A stretch of 63,800 nt of DNA, the filler included, from Collodictyon triciliatum (lineage: Eukaryota): assembly GCA_043381765.1 (NCBI GenBank). It is 9 parts of 9 records of this genome, joined end to end, with 100 filler letters (N's around TTAATTAATTAA, not from the genome) between each part and the next. Parts side by side here need not be neighbours in the genome. Positions count along the whole stretch, not along the records: positions 8,316 to 16,564 come from JBHJMP010003529.1; positions 16,665 to 24,843 come from JBHJMP010003530.1; 7 more parts are not named here. One strand, 5' to 3'. This document shows, piece after piece, positions 12,001 through 23,118 of this stretch. A program made the translations under genes and the position numbers. A model generated the notes under the pieces. That model had not been told where the DNA came from. It was given only the letters and a program-made list of their open reading frames with translations, and made no database searches. Positions within the stretch are counted from its first letter, which is position 1; each line of letters begins with the position of its first letter.

Positions 12001-13566
12001 ATGCCACAATCTGAGGATTTCGAGCGAATACGATACACTAGTGGACTTTATGAAGAGTGAAAAGGTTAGATTGTGGATTTTTTTTTTATAACTGTGGCAT
12101 GTGTTGTAATATAGTCTTTAGGTTGTTGTGAGCATTCTGGATGACAACTATCGCTTCGAGTTTTATGAATGCTGGAGAGCGCTGAATAAGAACGGTTATG
12201 ACCACAAAGTTGTGTATCGTGAGTTGACCAAGGTGATAAAACTCAATTACATGTATCAATATTGAATTTAATTTAATGGGTATGCACAACAGCAACTGAA
12301 TTCTGCTGGCTACGCGCTGATTGGCTATTTTCGACAAATTCAAGAAAATACCTTTTTGATTCCGATTCTTGAGCACCGCATTTCTGTTGAGACGGATGAG
12401 GGTTTGGTCATTTGATTTGAGTTTTTGTGTGTTACTAATTTTGGTTCATCCTTATTAGGTTCGAATTGTAGAAATATGAATTTCCTGGGGTTGGTTTACA
12501 AGAATATCGGAAAGTATGATTTTGGATCTTAATTCATTTATGTTTATCTCTTCTTTAACTTATTATTTAATAGAAATGACAAAGCTCTGGAATACTACCA
12601 CAAATCATTGGAAATCCGACTGAAAGTGTTTGGAGAAGTCCACCCTGATGTTGCCAATTCGTATAATAACATTGGAATGGTTTACGATAACCTTGGAAAG
12701 TATGTTTTATTTAGTTATGTATTATATTTATCATTTCATTAACTTATTATTGAATAGAAATGACAAAGCTCTGGAGTGCTATCACAAATCATTGGAAATC
12801 CAACTGAAGGTGTTTGGAGAAGTCCACCCTGATGTTGCCGCTTCGTATAATAATATTGGAAACGTTTACGATAACCTCGGAAAGTATGTTTTATTTGATT
12901 ATGTTCATGTGTATCCTTTCATTAACTTATTATTTAATAGAAATCATAAAGCTCTGGAATACTATCACAAATCATTGGAAATTCAACTGAAAATGTTTGG
13001 AGAAATCCACCCTGATGTTTCCACTTCATATAATAATATTGGAAACGTTCATCGTCAACTTGGAAAGTATCTTTTATTCGATTATGTATTTATGTTTATC
13101 CTTTCATTAACTTATCATTTAATAGACATGACAAAGCTCTGGAGTACTATCACAAATCACTGGATATTCGACTGAAAGTGTTTGGAGAGGTCCACCCCAA
13201 TGTTGCCAATACATATATGGGAATTGGGATGGTTTACAATAACCTTGGAAAGTATCTTTTATTTGACTACGTATATATGTTTATCCTTTCATTAACTTAT
13301 CATTTAATAGATATGACAAAGCTCTGGAGTACTATCACAAATCACTTGAGATTAAGCTGAAAGTATATGGAGAAATCCACCCTGGTGTTGGGGATACATA
13401 CTACAATATTGGTAGCCTACTTATGAACCAGGAGAAATACCAAGAGGCTTTGGACATGTACCAAAAAGCCAAGAATGTGTATGAGCATGTGTATGGCGCA
13501 GACCATTCCGAGACGAAAGATGCAGAAAAGCAAATGATGAATGCACAGAAGATGCTGACCCAATAA
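9026..13566 (+). CDS. STAND-type protein, DUF4062 + NACHT-like NTPase + TPR repeats (NPHP3/TTC41/TEP1-like architecture), about 20 exons
   Basis: DUF4062 motifs LRIFMSSTFRDMQRERD, FIDLRWG, CLESIEECPYFLCTLGSRYGW; Walker A GAESGIGKS; Walker B VLVIDAFNQL; GHPLYLRIVLDELRVFG; 42-aa TPRs (KALEYYHKSLEI..HPDVA.SYNNIG); stop TAA at 13564-13566. Confidence 0.92.
12514..13436 (+). repeat. Tandem intron+exon cassette array with ~184-nt period, one TPR per exon
   Basis: Introns 12514-12573, 12700-12757, 12884-12940, 13067-13125, 13252-13310; 126-nt exons 12574-12699, 12758-12883, 12941-13066, 13126-13251; a fifth unit opens the last exon at 13311. Confidence 0.95.
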
Positions 13567-14234
13567 GTGGCTCGTCTGTTACCCACCCATCTAAACAACC
13601 CTTTCATCCACCCATACACCACCCTTTCCACAAAAACAAGTACAAGTGAGTACTATCCTGATGACCCCCAAACTGAATGAGTGCAGATGATTGCTAGCTT
13701 GTTCGCAGAGGCTGGATGAAAAGAATAAAAAAAAAACTAACCAACGTAACCTTTCCAGCAGTTGCCGATAAACGTGACACATCTCCTGCTTGTTTGATAA
13801 TCGACCTTGAGTATGTGTCACAGGCGAAAAGAATGATTATGTGTTGGTTATCATTGTGTTACTGAGGTGTTTGCTTTCATTTGATTCATTCACATTTTTT
13901 TTTTCGCTTGGTTAAGTGTCGCAATGTCAGCTTCATGGACACAATCTTTTCTTTTTCTTGCGCCCATGATGATGGTGGGCTGTAGCGATACATGCACTCG
14001 CTTTGTGTGCCTTTATTCTGTCTTATATTATATTCATCGACTTACTTGAAGGCTCTTAATATCCTTGACCGACTACGCTGTTGTCTGTTGCATCTGCAGT
14101 TGTTTGATTATTCGGCGAAGTGTTTGGTTGTTTTGTGTTTTGGTTTATTGGCTCCACAGTGCGATTAGTCTCGGTTTTTTCTTTGGCATTCACCTGCTCA
14201 CTACTTTTCTTTTCGTTTACTTTCTCTTTACTTT

Positions 14235-14900
14235 TTGTTTTCTTCTGTTTTCTTCTGTTTTCCTCTGTTTTCCTCTGTTTTCCTCTGTTTTCCTCTCTTT
14301 TCCTCTCTTTTCCTCTCTTTTCCTCTCTTTTCCTCTCTTTTCCTCTCTTTTCCTCTCTTTTCTTCTCTTTTTCTTTTCTTTTTCTTTTCTTTTTCTTTTC
14401 TTTTTCTTTTCTTTTTCATTTCTTCTGTTTTCTTTTCTTCTGTTTTCTTTTCTTCTGTTTTCTTTTCTTCTGTTTTCTTTTGTTTTCTTCTGTTTTCCTC
14501 TGTTTTCCTCTCTTTTCCTCTCTTTTCCTCTCTTTTCTTCTCTTTTCTTCTGTTTTCTTCTGTTTTCTTCTGTTTTCTTTTGTTTTCTTCTGTTTTCTTC
14601 TGTTTTCTTCTGTTTTCTTCTGTTTTCTTCTGTTTTCTTCTGTTTTCTTCTGTTTTCTTCTGTTTTCCTCTGTTTTCTTCTGTTTTCCTCTGTTTTCCTC
14701 TCTTTTCCTCTCTTTTCCTCTGTTTTCTTCTGTTTTCTTTTGTTTTCTTCTGTTTTCTTCTCTTTTCTTCTGTTTTCTTCTGTTTTCCTCTGTTTTCTTC
14801 TCTTTTCTTCTGTTTTCTTCTCTTTTCTTCTGTTTTCTTCTGTTTTCTTCTGTTTTCTTCTGTTTTCTTCTCTTCTCTTCTCTTTTCTTCTCTTTTTTTT
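14235..14900. repeat. Decamer minisatellite family (TTTTCTTCTG / TTTTCCTCTC and variants)
   Basis: Visible 10-bp period; produces spurious F/S- and K/R-rich ORFs. Confidence 0.95.
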
Positions 14901-16448
14901 TTCTTCTCTTTTCTTTAATATTTTCATCTTTCATTATAATCCTTCCAATTTGCGCAACATAGTGAAGGACTTGGCTTGGATCGCTAGCCATCGATTGCAT
15001 GGACTCTACTAGGTTGCTATTTGGCCGGTGAAGCCAACTGTAGTCAATAATTGTTTTATGTCCACCGGCCTGTAGGCTGGGTCTTGTGCTTGCATGAGAG
15101 AGGCAAGGTCTATTCTCATTCCCGGGTTTTTATTTTGTATAGATTATTCAATACTAGGTGTCTACATATGCTTCGCTTCACGTGCATGTATCCCTGGAAG
15201 AATAAGCATGCTGAACTATTATCACTTTGATGTATATATCCCTACTAAATCTCAGTTTGTAGTCTATGACCAGCTTTGTATCCTTCACAAGGGATAGGCT
15301 ATCAGTGATGCATTATATCCAACAGCGTGCATTTAGTATATGTTTCATATATAGGTAAACCGCTTCATTTATTTTAAAATTATTTACATTCCTGTGTATG
15401 TCTTTCTCTGTCTTTTATAAGATTACTTTCTTTTCTCTGTATTTCATTCTTGCTGATTTTATTTTATTTTATTTTCGACTTTTATTCTTTATTTTCCACT
15501 CTTTTTTTCTTTATTACGAACCACAATATATGCACTCACAAAAGCAAAGTTTTCTTTCCTCATTGTCTTTGATATCCCACAAAGTTGTTTCCTCATAAGC
15601 CTTTTCCAAAAAAACTAAAGTACTATGCTTAAGTCTCTCAGAATAATAAATCATTTGAAATATTTTATTGGGGTATGAATAATGTTTTGGTAATTCATAG
15701 ATAACAGATTGGTTTTGTTGCACACGCCCTTGATGCTTAAAGATTTTTAGTTGTGTATATGTCTTGCTGCTTCATTTGAACGGTACATATCAAGGTTGTC
15801 CTCTATCCCTCTGCTACTTTTATTTATTTTGTCTTATTTTTTGCTTATAATAGTAACAGATTATGTTTATATTCAATCAGAGCAAGCATCGCCTTTTTTC
15901 ATGATAATCTTGTAGTAATATGAGCTGTAAAGTGGAACGTATCCCCAGAGAAAGAGTCCTACACTATTATTCGTGTAAACTGTATACGTTAACGATTGCA
16001 CATAAAGCATAGTTTGTTTATCATAATCAAATTTCTGCTTTCTTTAATTTCGTGTGCTTATGTCTTCATTTTATGCATATTTTATTGCACTATCGTGTTT
16101 TCCCTTTTTTACGTACAACAATATGTATTGTGGACTCAGCCTTGTTTGTTCCATTACGCTGTCTTCGACCTCATTACGCTTTCTTGAATTGCTTCTGGTC
16201 AGTCGGTCTCGTTTCCTGATTGTTACGTTGACCTGATGACCTTCTTTTATCGCCTTCTATCATGCTTTGGCTCCAATTGTTTCTCATTCAATCTTTTTAC
16301 CCTTGTTAAAACAGGGGCTTCTATAATCAAAAAATTAAACAAAATCAATGTATGGACCTTTTCTATAACAAAAAACTGTGCATGGTTTCCTTTCATGAAT
16401 GACAATCACTACACCTTTCATGTGATTCTTTTTTTAAAAAAAAAATGC

Positions 16449-16480
16449 AGATAGAGAGATAGAGAGATAGAGAGATAGAG

Positions 16481-16564
<84 letters not shown>
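16449..16564. repeat. (AGAGAT)n shifting to (AGAT)n
   Basis: Directly visible. Confidence 0.95.
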
Positions 16565-16664
16565 NNNNNNNNNNNNNNNNNNNNNNNNNNNNNNNNNNNN
16601 NNNNNNNNTTAATTAATTAANNNNNNNNNNNNNNNNNNNNNNNNNNNNNNNNNNNNNNNNNNNN

Positions 16665-16672
16665 TATTATTA

Positions 16673-16715
<43 letters not shown>

Positions 16716-16734
16716 CATTATCATTATCATTATC

Positions 16735-16769
<35 letters not shown>

Positions 16770-16770
16770 C
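16665..16770. repeat. (TAT)n/(TATCAT)n microsatellite
   Basis: Directly visible. Confidence 0.95.
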
Positions 16771-16816
16771 ACATAACGTCGTTCTATTGTATGAACATAA
16801 ACCTAAATGACATGCA

Positions 16817-17636
16817 TTGCTCTTTAAATTGAGAAAATCAATTATTGAAAATCCTTCCATTTTTTCTGTTGGTATTGGTATTTTTTTTCTGTTAATTCTG
16901 CTGTTTTTTTATGTCCAGGTATATCAATTCGAACTTTACTTAATTATCATTTCCTGCGCATCTACTTTTGTGTTCTTTCTTATCATAGGACAAAGACTCT
17001 TCTTTGCAGATACCCCAGGCATCTCTCCTTGTTTATCCACCAATGCAAAACGTAACAGTTTACATTATGGAGAAAGAATAACATCATGCGAGATGCCATG
17101 GTATGCTATTTTATACATATATTAAACTCTCGCTTTTACAATTCAAACCCGTCTCATGGTACTTTTTCTAATTAAAATAAAAAAATAAAGGTGACGCATA
17201 TTGTATGATATTAAATTATTCTTAATATTTAGAATAATTTAATAAAAATGTAACTTACATTTAGGGATGAAGATGATTTCAACGGCGCCCAAAGTGTAGA
17301 TATGGTTTTTATCGACTCTTCGTGTTTCTTTTATGGGAAACTAGCGCCTATTGACCAAGGAATTCAAGAACTTGTTGGATATATAAAAAGATTTTTGGAA
17401 ACAAACTCAAAGGTAACTATTTTCCTCATGGTTTAACAATTTTTCTTATCCACTCTTAATGTCTCGCTCCGTTGGTGCTCTGCATAGGTGATTGTAGGAG
17501 TTCATAGTGTACATGCATCTTTGTGGGAGCGTGCTATCAGGGAGCTGGAGTTTAAATCCAGAGTCTGTCTCGATCTGCTTTACTTTCTATTACCCCGTAT
17601 TCATGAAATACAGAATTTAAGTTTCAGGACAGAGGG
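16817..17636 (+). CDS. Hypothetical multi-exon membrane protein (ends uncertain)
   Basis: Two hydrophobic segments followed by GT-AG-bounded exons (DEDDFNGAQSVDMVFIDSS...; VIVGVHSVHASLWERAIRELE...). No family recognised. Confidence 0.4.
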
Positions 17637-20600
17637 TACTTCTAATCCAACTCCTTTTTTTTTCTTCCTTACTCTGGTCCTATCCACGCCGGATTGCAAG
17701 ACTGAGGAAAGTCACACGTGGAATCAAGTCCACATACTTACTCTCTCTCGATGTGGACTTCCGATAATAAGCTCATATCAATCTTTGAAAAAAGCGTGAT
17801 TGTGGTGACTCAGGTTTGTTTACCAATGATATAGTGCATTGGCATCATTTCACATCAATTCATCAAAAAGTGCTTGTCACGTCATCTTTAAACAATTTCC
17901 TCCTCTATTCTATATGAACGCAAGCATTCTTCCTACAATACCTGTTAATAGACGGCGTAAATACAAAGCAGCCCTGATGGCTGTTGTACACATCCTCACA
18001 CCGGGCTCTGGCGGCTCCCTTTGCTCAAAAGCAAATTGGTGAGAAAGCCTTTACCCACGATACAGAAGTGGCCTCTATTTACACAGCCATGCTTTATGAA
18101 ACACATCGATAGAAAAGAAAGTAATTCTTTATAAATAAAAAGAATGACAATTTTTGAGGTCCATAGAATGCGCTACCCGAATCTTTGGGTTCATTTTTGA
18201 ATGGCAAGTTAAGAGCAGATAAATAAATAAAAAAAAGGAAAGGAAAGGAAAGGAAAAAAGAAAGAAAAGAAAGAAAAAAGCCAATCAAATTGGATAAATT
18301 ATTGTGCTTTTGCTTTCGAATTTAATTGCGGGAAGGCATCGGATGAATGCTAGGCTCTGCCTTGGTTACCACTTTGGATAAAGATAGTTGATGAGTCCAG
18401 TTTACTGCTGATGGGAAGTTCTACGGTCCAAGCAATCGTGGTGTATCGTTCGTTGCTCTGGTTGCCTCCATTCCAGATCATCTGATTAATTTTTTTCCTT
18501 TATTCGATTCAAAGCGAAGCGAGGCTATGCCATACAAAGGGGCGAGATGGGCGCGCATGGGAGAGAACAAACGCGAGTAAGAGAAGACACTACCGCGGAG
18601 AGGGCAGCACTGGAAAGAAATCAGTGATAGCGAGCTGGTCAGGTGGGCGTCCCAACTGGTTGATTGGTTGCGTGGGTAGCAGGGGTTGGATATGCTGTGG
18701 GAGATATCGCACGACGCATTCCAACATCTCTTCATTTGCGGTCTGAGTAGCGAAGAATGCGGGCGTGTTTCAGTAGGCTGTTCTGGAAGCTGTATTGCAC
18801 GAGGCTTTCCAGACTCGATGCATTGATTTCTCGTTCGGGTGAATGATTAGAGCGAGAGGATGCGCGCACACTCCATAAGAAATTATGACACGATAAAACC
18901 GTATCATTGATTTTGTCTTAGTCATCCAGATTCTTTGCAACCGACTTTAGATATTTTTTCACATTTCGATACTCTGCTTATACAGACTTTAGATTCTCAA
19001 ACTCAATGTTTTCTTTCCTTCATCTGAAGGTCTTTGTTTTACTTTTTCCTTTAGATAACTACCAAGTTTTCAATTTTAATAAAACTTCAGTCAATCAGTC
19101 AATCTAATAAATATATATAGAAAAAACTGCATAAAATCAATTCTGTAAAATCAAGCATTTGCCGAGGCTTTCAAAATATGCGCTTTGTGGCAAACAGACA
19201 CACAAAGTTTTTTTTACAAGTGATTTGAGACAAAATGCTGAGAGCCAACTCGGCGAATTCGAAAGGACGGCCGTATAGCCATTGCGACTGAAAGTCAACA
19301 TATTGGCCCCAAACAACATGATTACCGCCGCAAGTGTGGACAGTATGCTTTTTTGAAATGCATGAATGGTGGCATGTTCATAGGGTGGGTTCTGTCTGAG
19401 TCAACGCAAGGGCTTGTTTGTAATCTTGAATTACATACGAAACAAGATCTGGATGGAAAATAAAATATAATTTGATTACAGGAATAGAATGAGATTATTA
19501 AGTAATTTTTAACCTTGCTATACATACTAATTATACCATTATATTATTGAAGTTCTTTCTTGGATTTATCAAAGCTCTTACCTTTGCCAATCCAGATTTA
19601 ATTCGACGGTTGTCTGTACAATAAACTGCTATATATGAGTACACTTTCGATGTATAAAAAGTGTTGTGCCTTGAAAGGATAAAACCAAGTTCGTCTCAAT
19701 CTTTGCGATGAATTTTTTTCATTTACAGTCTCAATGAGACCGAAAGAAAAAAAGAAAAAGAAAAAAGAAAAAAGAAAAAGAAAAAGAAAAAGAAAAAGAA
19801 AAAAGAAAAAAGTAAAAGTAAAAAGATAAGATAAATGAATGAGAGCAACTAATATTGAGCACTATATTCATACTTATCTTGCTACCCGTGAGCAGATGGC
19901 TTGAGTTTGAGGCCTATTAACCCTTTCCCCAGTGTCTCCTTTTGCCTCTTGACTTTTGCAAGACCGCTTTTTCTCTCCCTCGCTATTTTTTTTTCTTCAT
20001 CTTGCTCCTCATTTTGAAGTCGCTCTTCTTATCTTTTTTTTATATTACCCAAATATTTGGAAACTTGATCGCCGCTCGTGCTGACTGGACGCGATAAAAT
20101 GACCTTTTGCTTATCTTCTTGCTCCTTAAAATCGAACTATATAGTTTTTTTATTTATATTAATATGTCATTCGATATTCAAGCTTCTTAAAACATCATTG
20201 ACATCATAAAAGCTGGCAATAAAATATCTCCATTTTTTCAAATGACATAGAACATATTCACTGTTTTTTACGTAAGTGTTTTATCCCACTTCATTAAGGG
20301 GAATCTTTGACTTAACTTGATTCTTCACTTCACACATAATCATAATACCAGAGAATAAAAGATATTGTTGCATTGTTCTATGGATCGCAATATTGTATGT
20401 TTTGATATCTCATAGTGATAGTAAGCTAGGAGTGTTGGAGTCGTCCATGCCACGGAGTTGTCCTCATTTCGCGTTGCAGGCTTATGTTTCGTGTGCAAAA
20501 GACTATCGCTTCGCTTCTACCTTGCTCTGTCATAGAGGCTCAATCCGTCTTTTTTTCCGGCCTAAAAATGTGGTGGGTCAAGAGAAGAAGGAAAGAACCC

Positions 20601-21597
20601 CAAAGTAATGATATTATTATACAGAGAATGCGTTCATTCTCTCAGCGTGATTGTTTCTTAACAAATAAAAAAAGGATATATCTTCATTATTGTGATTTTA
20701 TTTGTTGCTCCATTCATCTTTCTCGGTGTGATGAATACGAGCTTTAAGTCATATGCAGATTGCCGCATTTACTCATAGTGTATTCTACGGTAGAACACTT
20801 AAAAATTTTAGATGTCATAATACATATATAGTAACAAAAAGGATTAATGTGGGTTTACAATGTTAATTGTAGCAGTATATTTTAATTCTAATATAATTTC
20901 CAGGTTTAATAGATGATGCTATAAGCTGAGAGATTATGACGTCATTTAGAACGTCATTAAGCCCACAATTCATCGAATCTCCCATAGCCGCATTTGGCAT
21001 TATATTTAAATCGATATTATAGTTCCTTCAAGCGCACATCGAAATTCCTATATAACTAAGCAGGCGCCTGTCCAAGCGGACCGGCAGTATATATAGCAAA
21101 ACGGCTGTGTCGGGCGGGTATAAGTAGCGCACCGTCCCCAATCGTCCATCTCTTTGATTCGTCCGGGGTCGACAAACAAAATCAAACGCTCATCCGCCCA
21201 CTTCCTGGCAGCAAAACATCGAAAGCGGAAACGAAACTAACGCAGCCCAATCGAAAATAAGTGAATCAAATACAAATACAGAAAATGTTTTGTCCCTTAT
21301 GTATATTCTACAATCAAACGACAAAACGGAGTTAGTTTCTCTTCTTACAGAGCTATAACCTCAAAGAACGAGCCCGCCATGAGTAACAGAACAATCGAAT
21401 CACAAAAAAGAGAGAAAACAAGAAACAAAAGCTGCCAAAGAAGTGTGTCTGCAACACCAGACTGGTGGCACTCATCTGGGCGTTTGTAACACGACCGAAC
21501 CACAGGATAATCCACTCACTATTTTTCCCTCGGCGTTCTGCGCTTTTTTTTTTCCCCCACTCAGACACACCAACAAAGACAGTACCGGAAACAAGAC

Positions 21598-23118
21598 ATG
21601 ACACGCACGTCGCCCACCAGCGTTTTACACAAGCGCCAATCGGAGGCTGTAAAGCCAAGCGTGGTAGCCGACAAGGACACACTGGCCGAGCCTGTGACAG
21701 ATGAGGACTTCAGCGAGGACTACAAAAACTTCAAAGGGATGCGTCGCCGTGAACTGACTGATCTGTTTGACAAGCAGTTTCTCGAGTTCGGCTACTGGCT
21801 GCGCAAGGACATTGGAAAGCGCTACACGCGAGCAGACTTTGTGGCCATCAACCGCCGCGAAGCAACCAACGCGTATCTGCTGTGCCTGGCCCACGTGGGA
21901 CTCTACACGCTACTCCACATGTACGCAGACGAGTACCGCTTTGTGTGGCGCTACTTTGTGTTCGCTTTTGGTATCTTCGCGTTCCAAAACATGCGCATGG
22001 TGCACTCGCGCATGCACTGGGCCGGCGACATGACAGGCTGCAGGGCCTTTGACACGTTCATTGACTCGACCATCATGGTGCTGACCGGCTGCTCTAAGGA
22101 AGCGTTCCGCCGACGCCATGTGGATGAGCACATGACTGACATCAGTAATGTTGCGCGGCTCTTTGGCGAGGCCTGGCTGCCCTTCTTGGACCTTCCTGCC
22201 CTGTGGTACTTGCGCCCATTCGACCTTGTGCGCCTTCTGCTCGACGAAAAACGGTGCAAGCAGTTTGAGTTTGACCGCCGTCAGCTGCTTGTGGAGGTTA
22301 TTGGGCTCTACTCGTTCCTCTTCAGCGTGGGGCTGGAACTCTTCATCGGGTCCAACTTTCTGCTGTGCTATCACCTCTGCCCGATGCTGATTGTCGCCAC
22401 GTCTCGCCTGATGACCGGCATGTTTGCACACTCGGGTGTGGACCGCCGCAACAGCTTCAACGCATGCGCAATCTTTGACTGGCGCGAGGCCAAGGGGCTC
22501 TTCAAGGTCACCATCTGGCTCATTGACATCATCACCGACTGCGGCCTCAGCAACCACAGCATCCACCATGGCCACGCGCAATGCCCAGTCTCTGTTGTGA
22601 ACCCCGAAATCCGCCGCATCAACAAGCACATCCTCGAAAACTACCGCGATGTCCGCTACAACAGAGTCCTCAGCCATGAAGTCCACGCCAACCTCCTCGA
22701 GCGCCTGCCTGAGCCTCGCTTCTATGACTATATTATCCAGCTCTTGGTCTCATGCTTTGCCCTCTGCGCGACATGCCTCACCATCCTCGGAATCGACGTG
22801 TCCCCAACCATCTTTGAGCTGCCCATGGTGGACTACCGTGTCCTCTTTTACTCCACAAAGGCCGAGCGCTTTGCAAACTTTGTTGCGTTCCTTGACTCCA
22901 TTCATTTCCTCGAGCGTGCGCGCGCAATCAAGAATCCACATCACTACATGGTCTACTTCAAGACGCAGCTTGAGATGATGAAGACATACCTCCGCGCTCA
23001 CCCCACAGCAACACAGCCCGTGCCTTATCGCCGCTATGCTCCCGAGTGGGTCTATGAGGCCAACGAGATAAGCCTTTCCCCGCGCTCCAACCACGGCTCC
23101 TTTGAGTCCTACCAGTAA
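21598..23118 (+). CDS. Intronless membrane fatty-acid desaturase/hydroxylase superfamily protein, 506 aa
   Basis: Long GC-rich ORF with His boxes HSRMH, RRRHVDEH and HSIHH, plus FAH and several hydrophobic segments; no HPGG cytochrome b5 motif. Confidence 0.8.
   Translation: MTRTSPTSVLHKRQSEAVKPSVVADKDTLAEPVTDEDFSEDYKNFKGMRRRELTDLFDKQFLEFGYWLRKDIGKRYTRADFVAINRREATNAYLLCLAHVGLYTLLHMYADEYRFVWRYFVFAFGIFAFQNMRMVHSRMHWAGDMTGCRAFDTFIDSTIMVLTGCSKEAFRRRHVDEHMTDISNVARLFGEAWLPFLDLPALWYLRPFDLVRLLLDEKRCKQFEFDRRQLLVEVIGLYSFLFSVGLELFIGSNFLLCYHLCPMLIVATSRLMTGMFAHSGVDRRNSFNACAIFDWREAKGLFKVTIWLIDIITDCGLSNHSIHHGHAQCPVSVVNPEIRRINKHILENYRDVRYNRVLSHEVHANLLERLPEPRFYDYIIQLLVSCFALCATCLTILGIDVSPTIFELPMVDYRVLFYSTKAERFANFVAFLDSIHFLERARAIKNPHHYMVYFKTQLEMMKTYLRAHPTATQPVPYRRYAPEWVYEANEISLSPRSNHGSFESYQ

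Noticed and set aside
12514-13436. CRISPR-like or DGR-like regular repeat array
   Set aside because: The units are GT-AG introns plus in-frame TPR exons. There are no unique spacers, no cas or RT gene on the contig, and variation is not restricted to adenines.
14065-15012. Long F/S/L-rich and K/R/E-rich ORFs (also at 24892, 25902, 32898, 47945, 50087, 53784, 63440)
   Set aside because: They are translations of simple repeats that are open in several frames.
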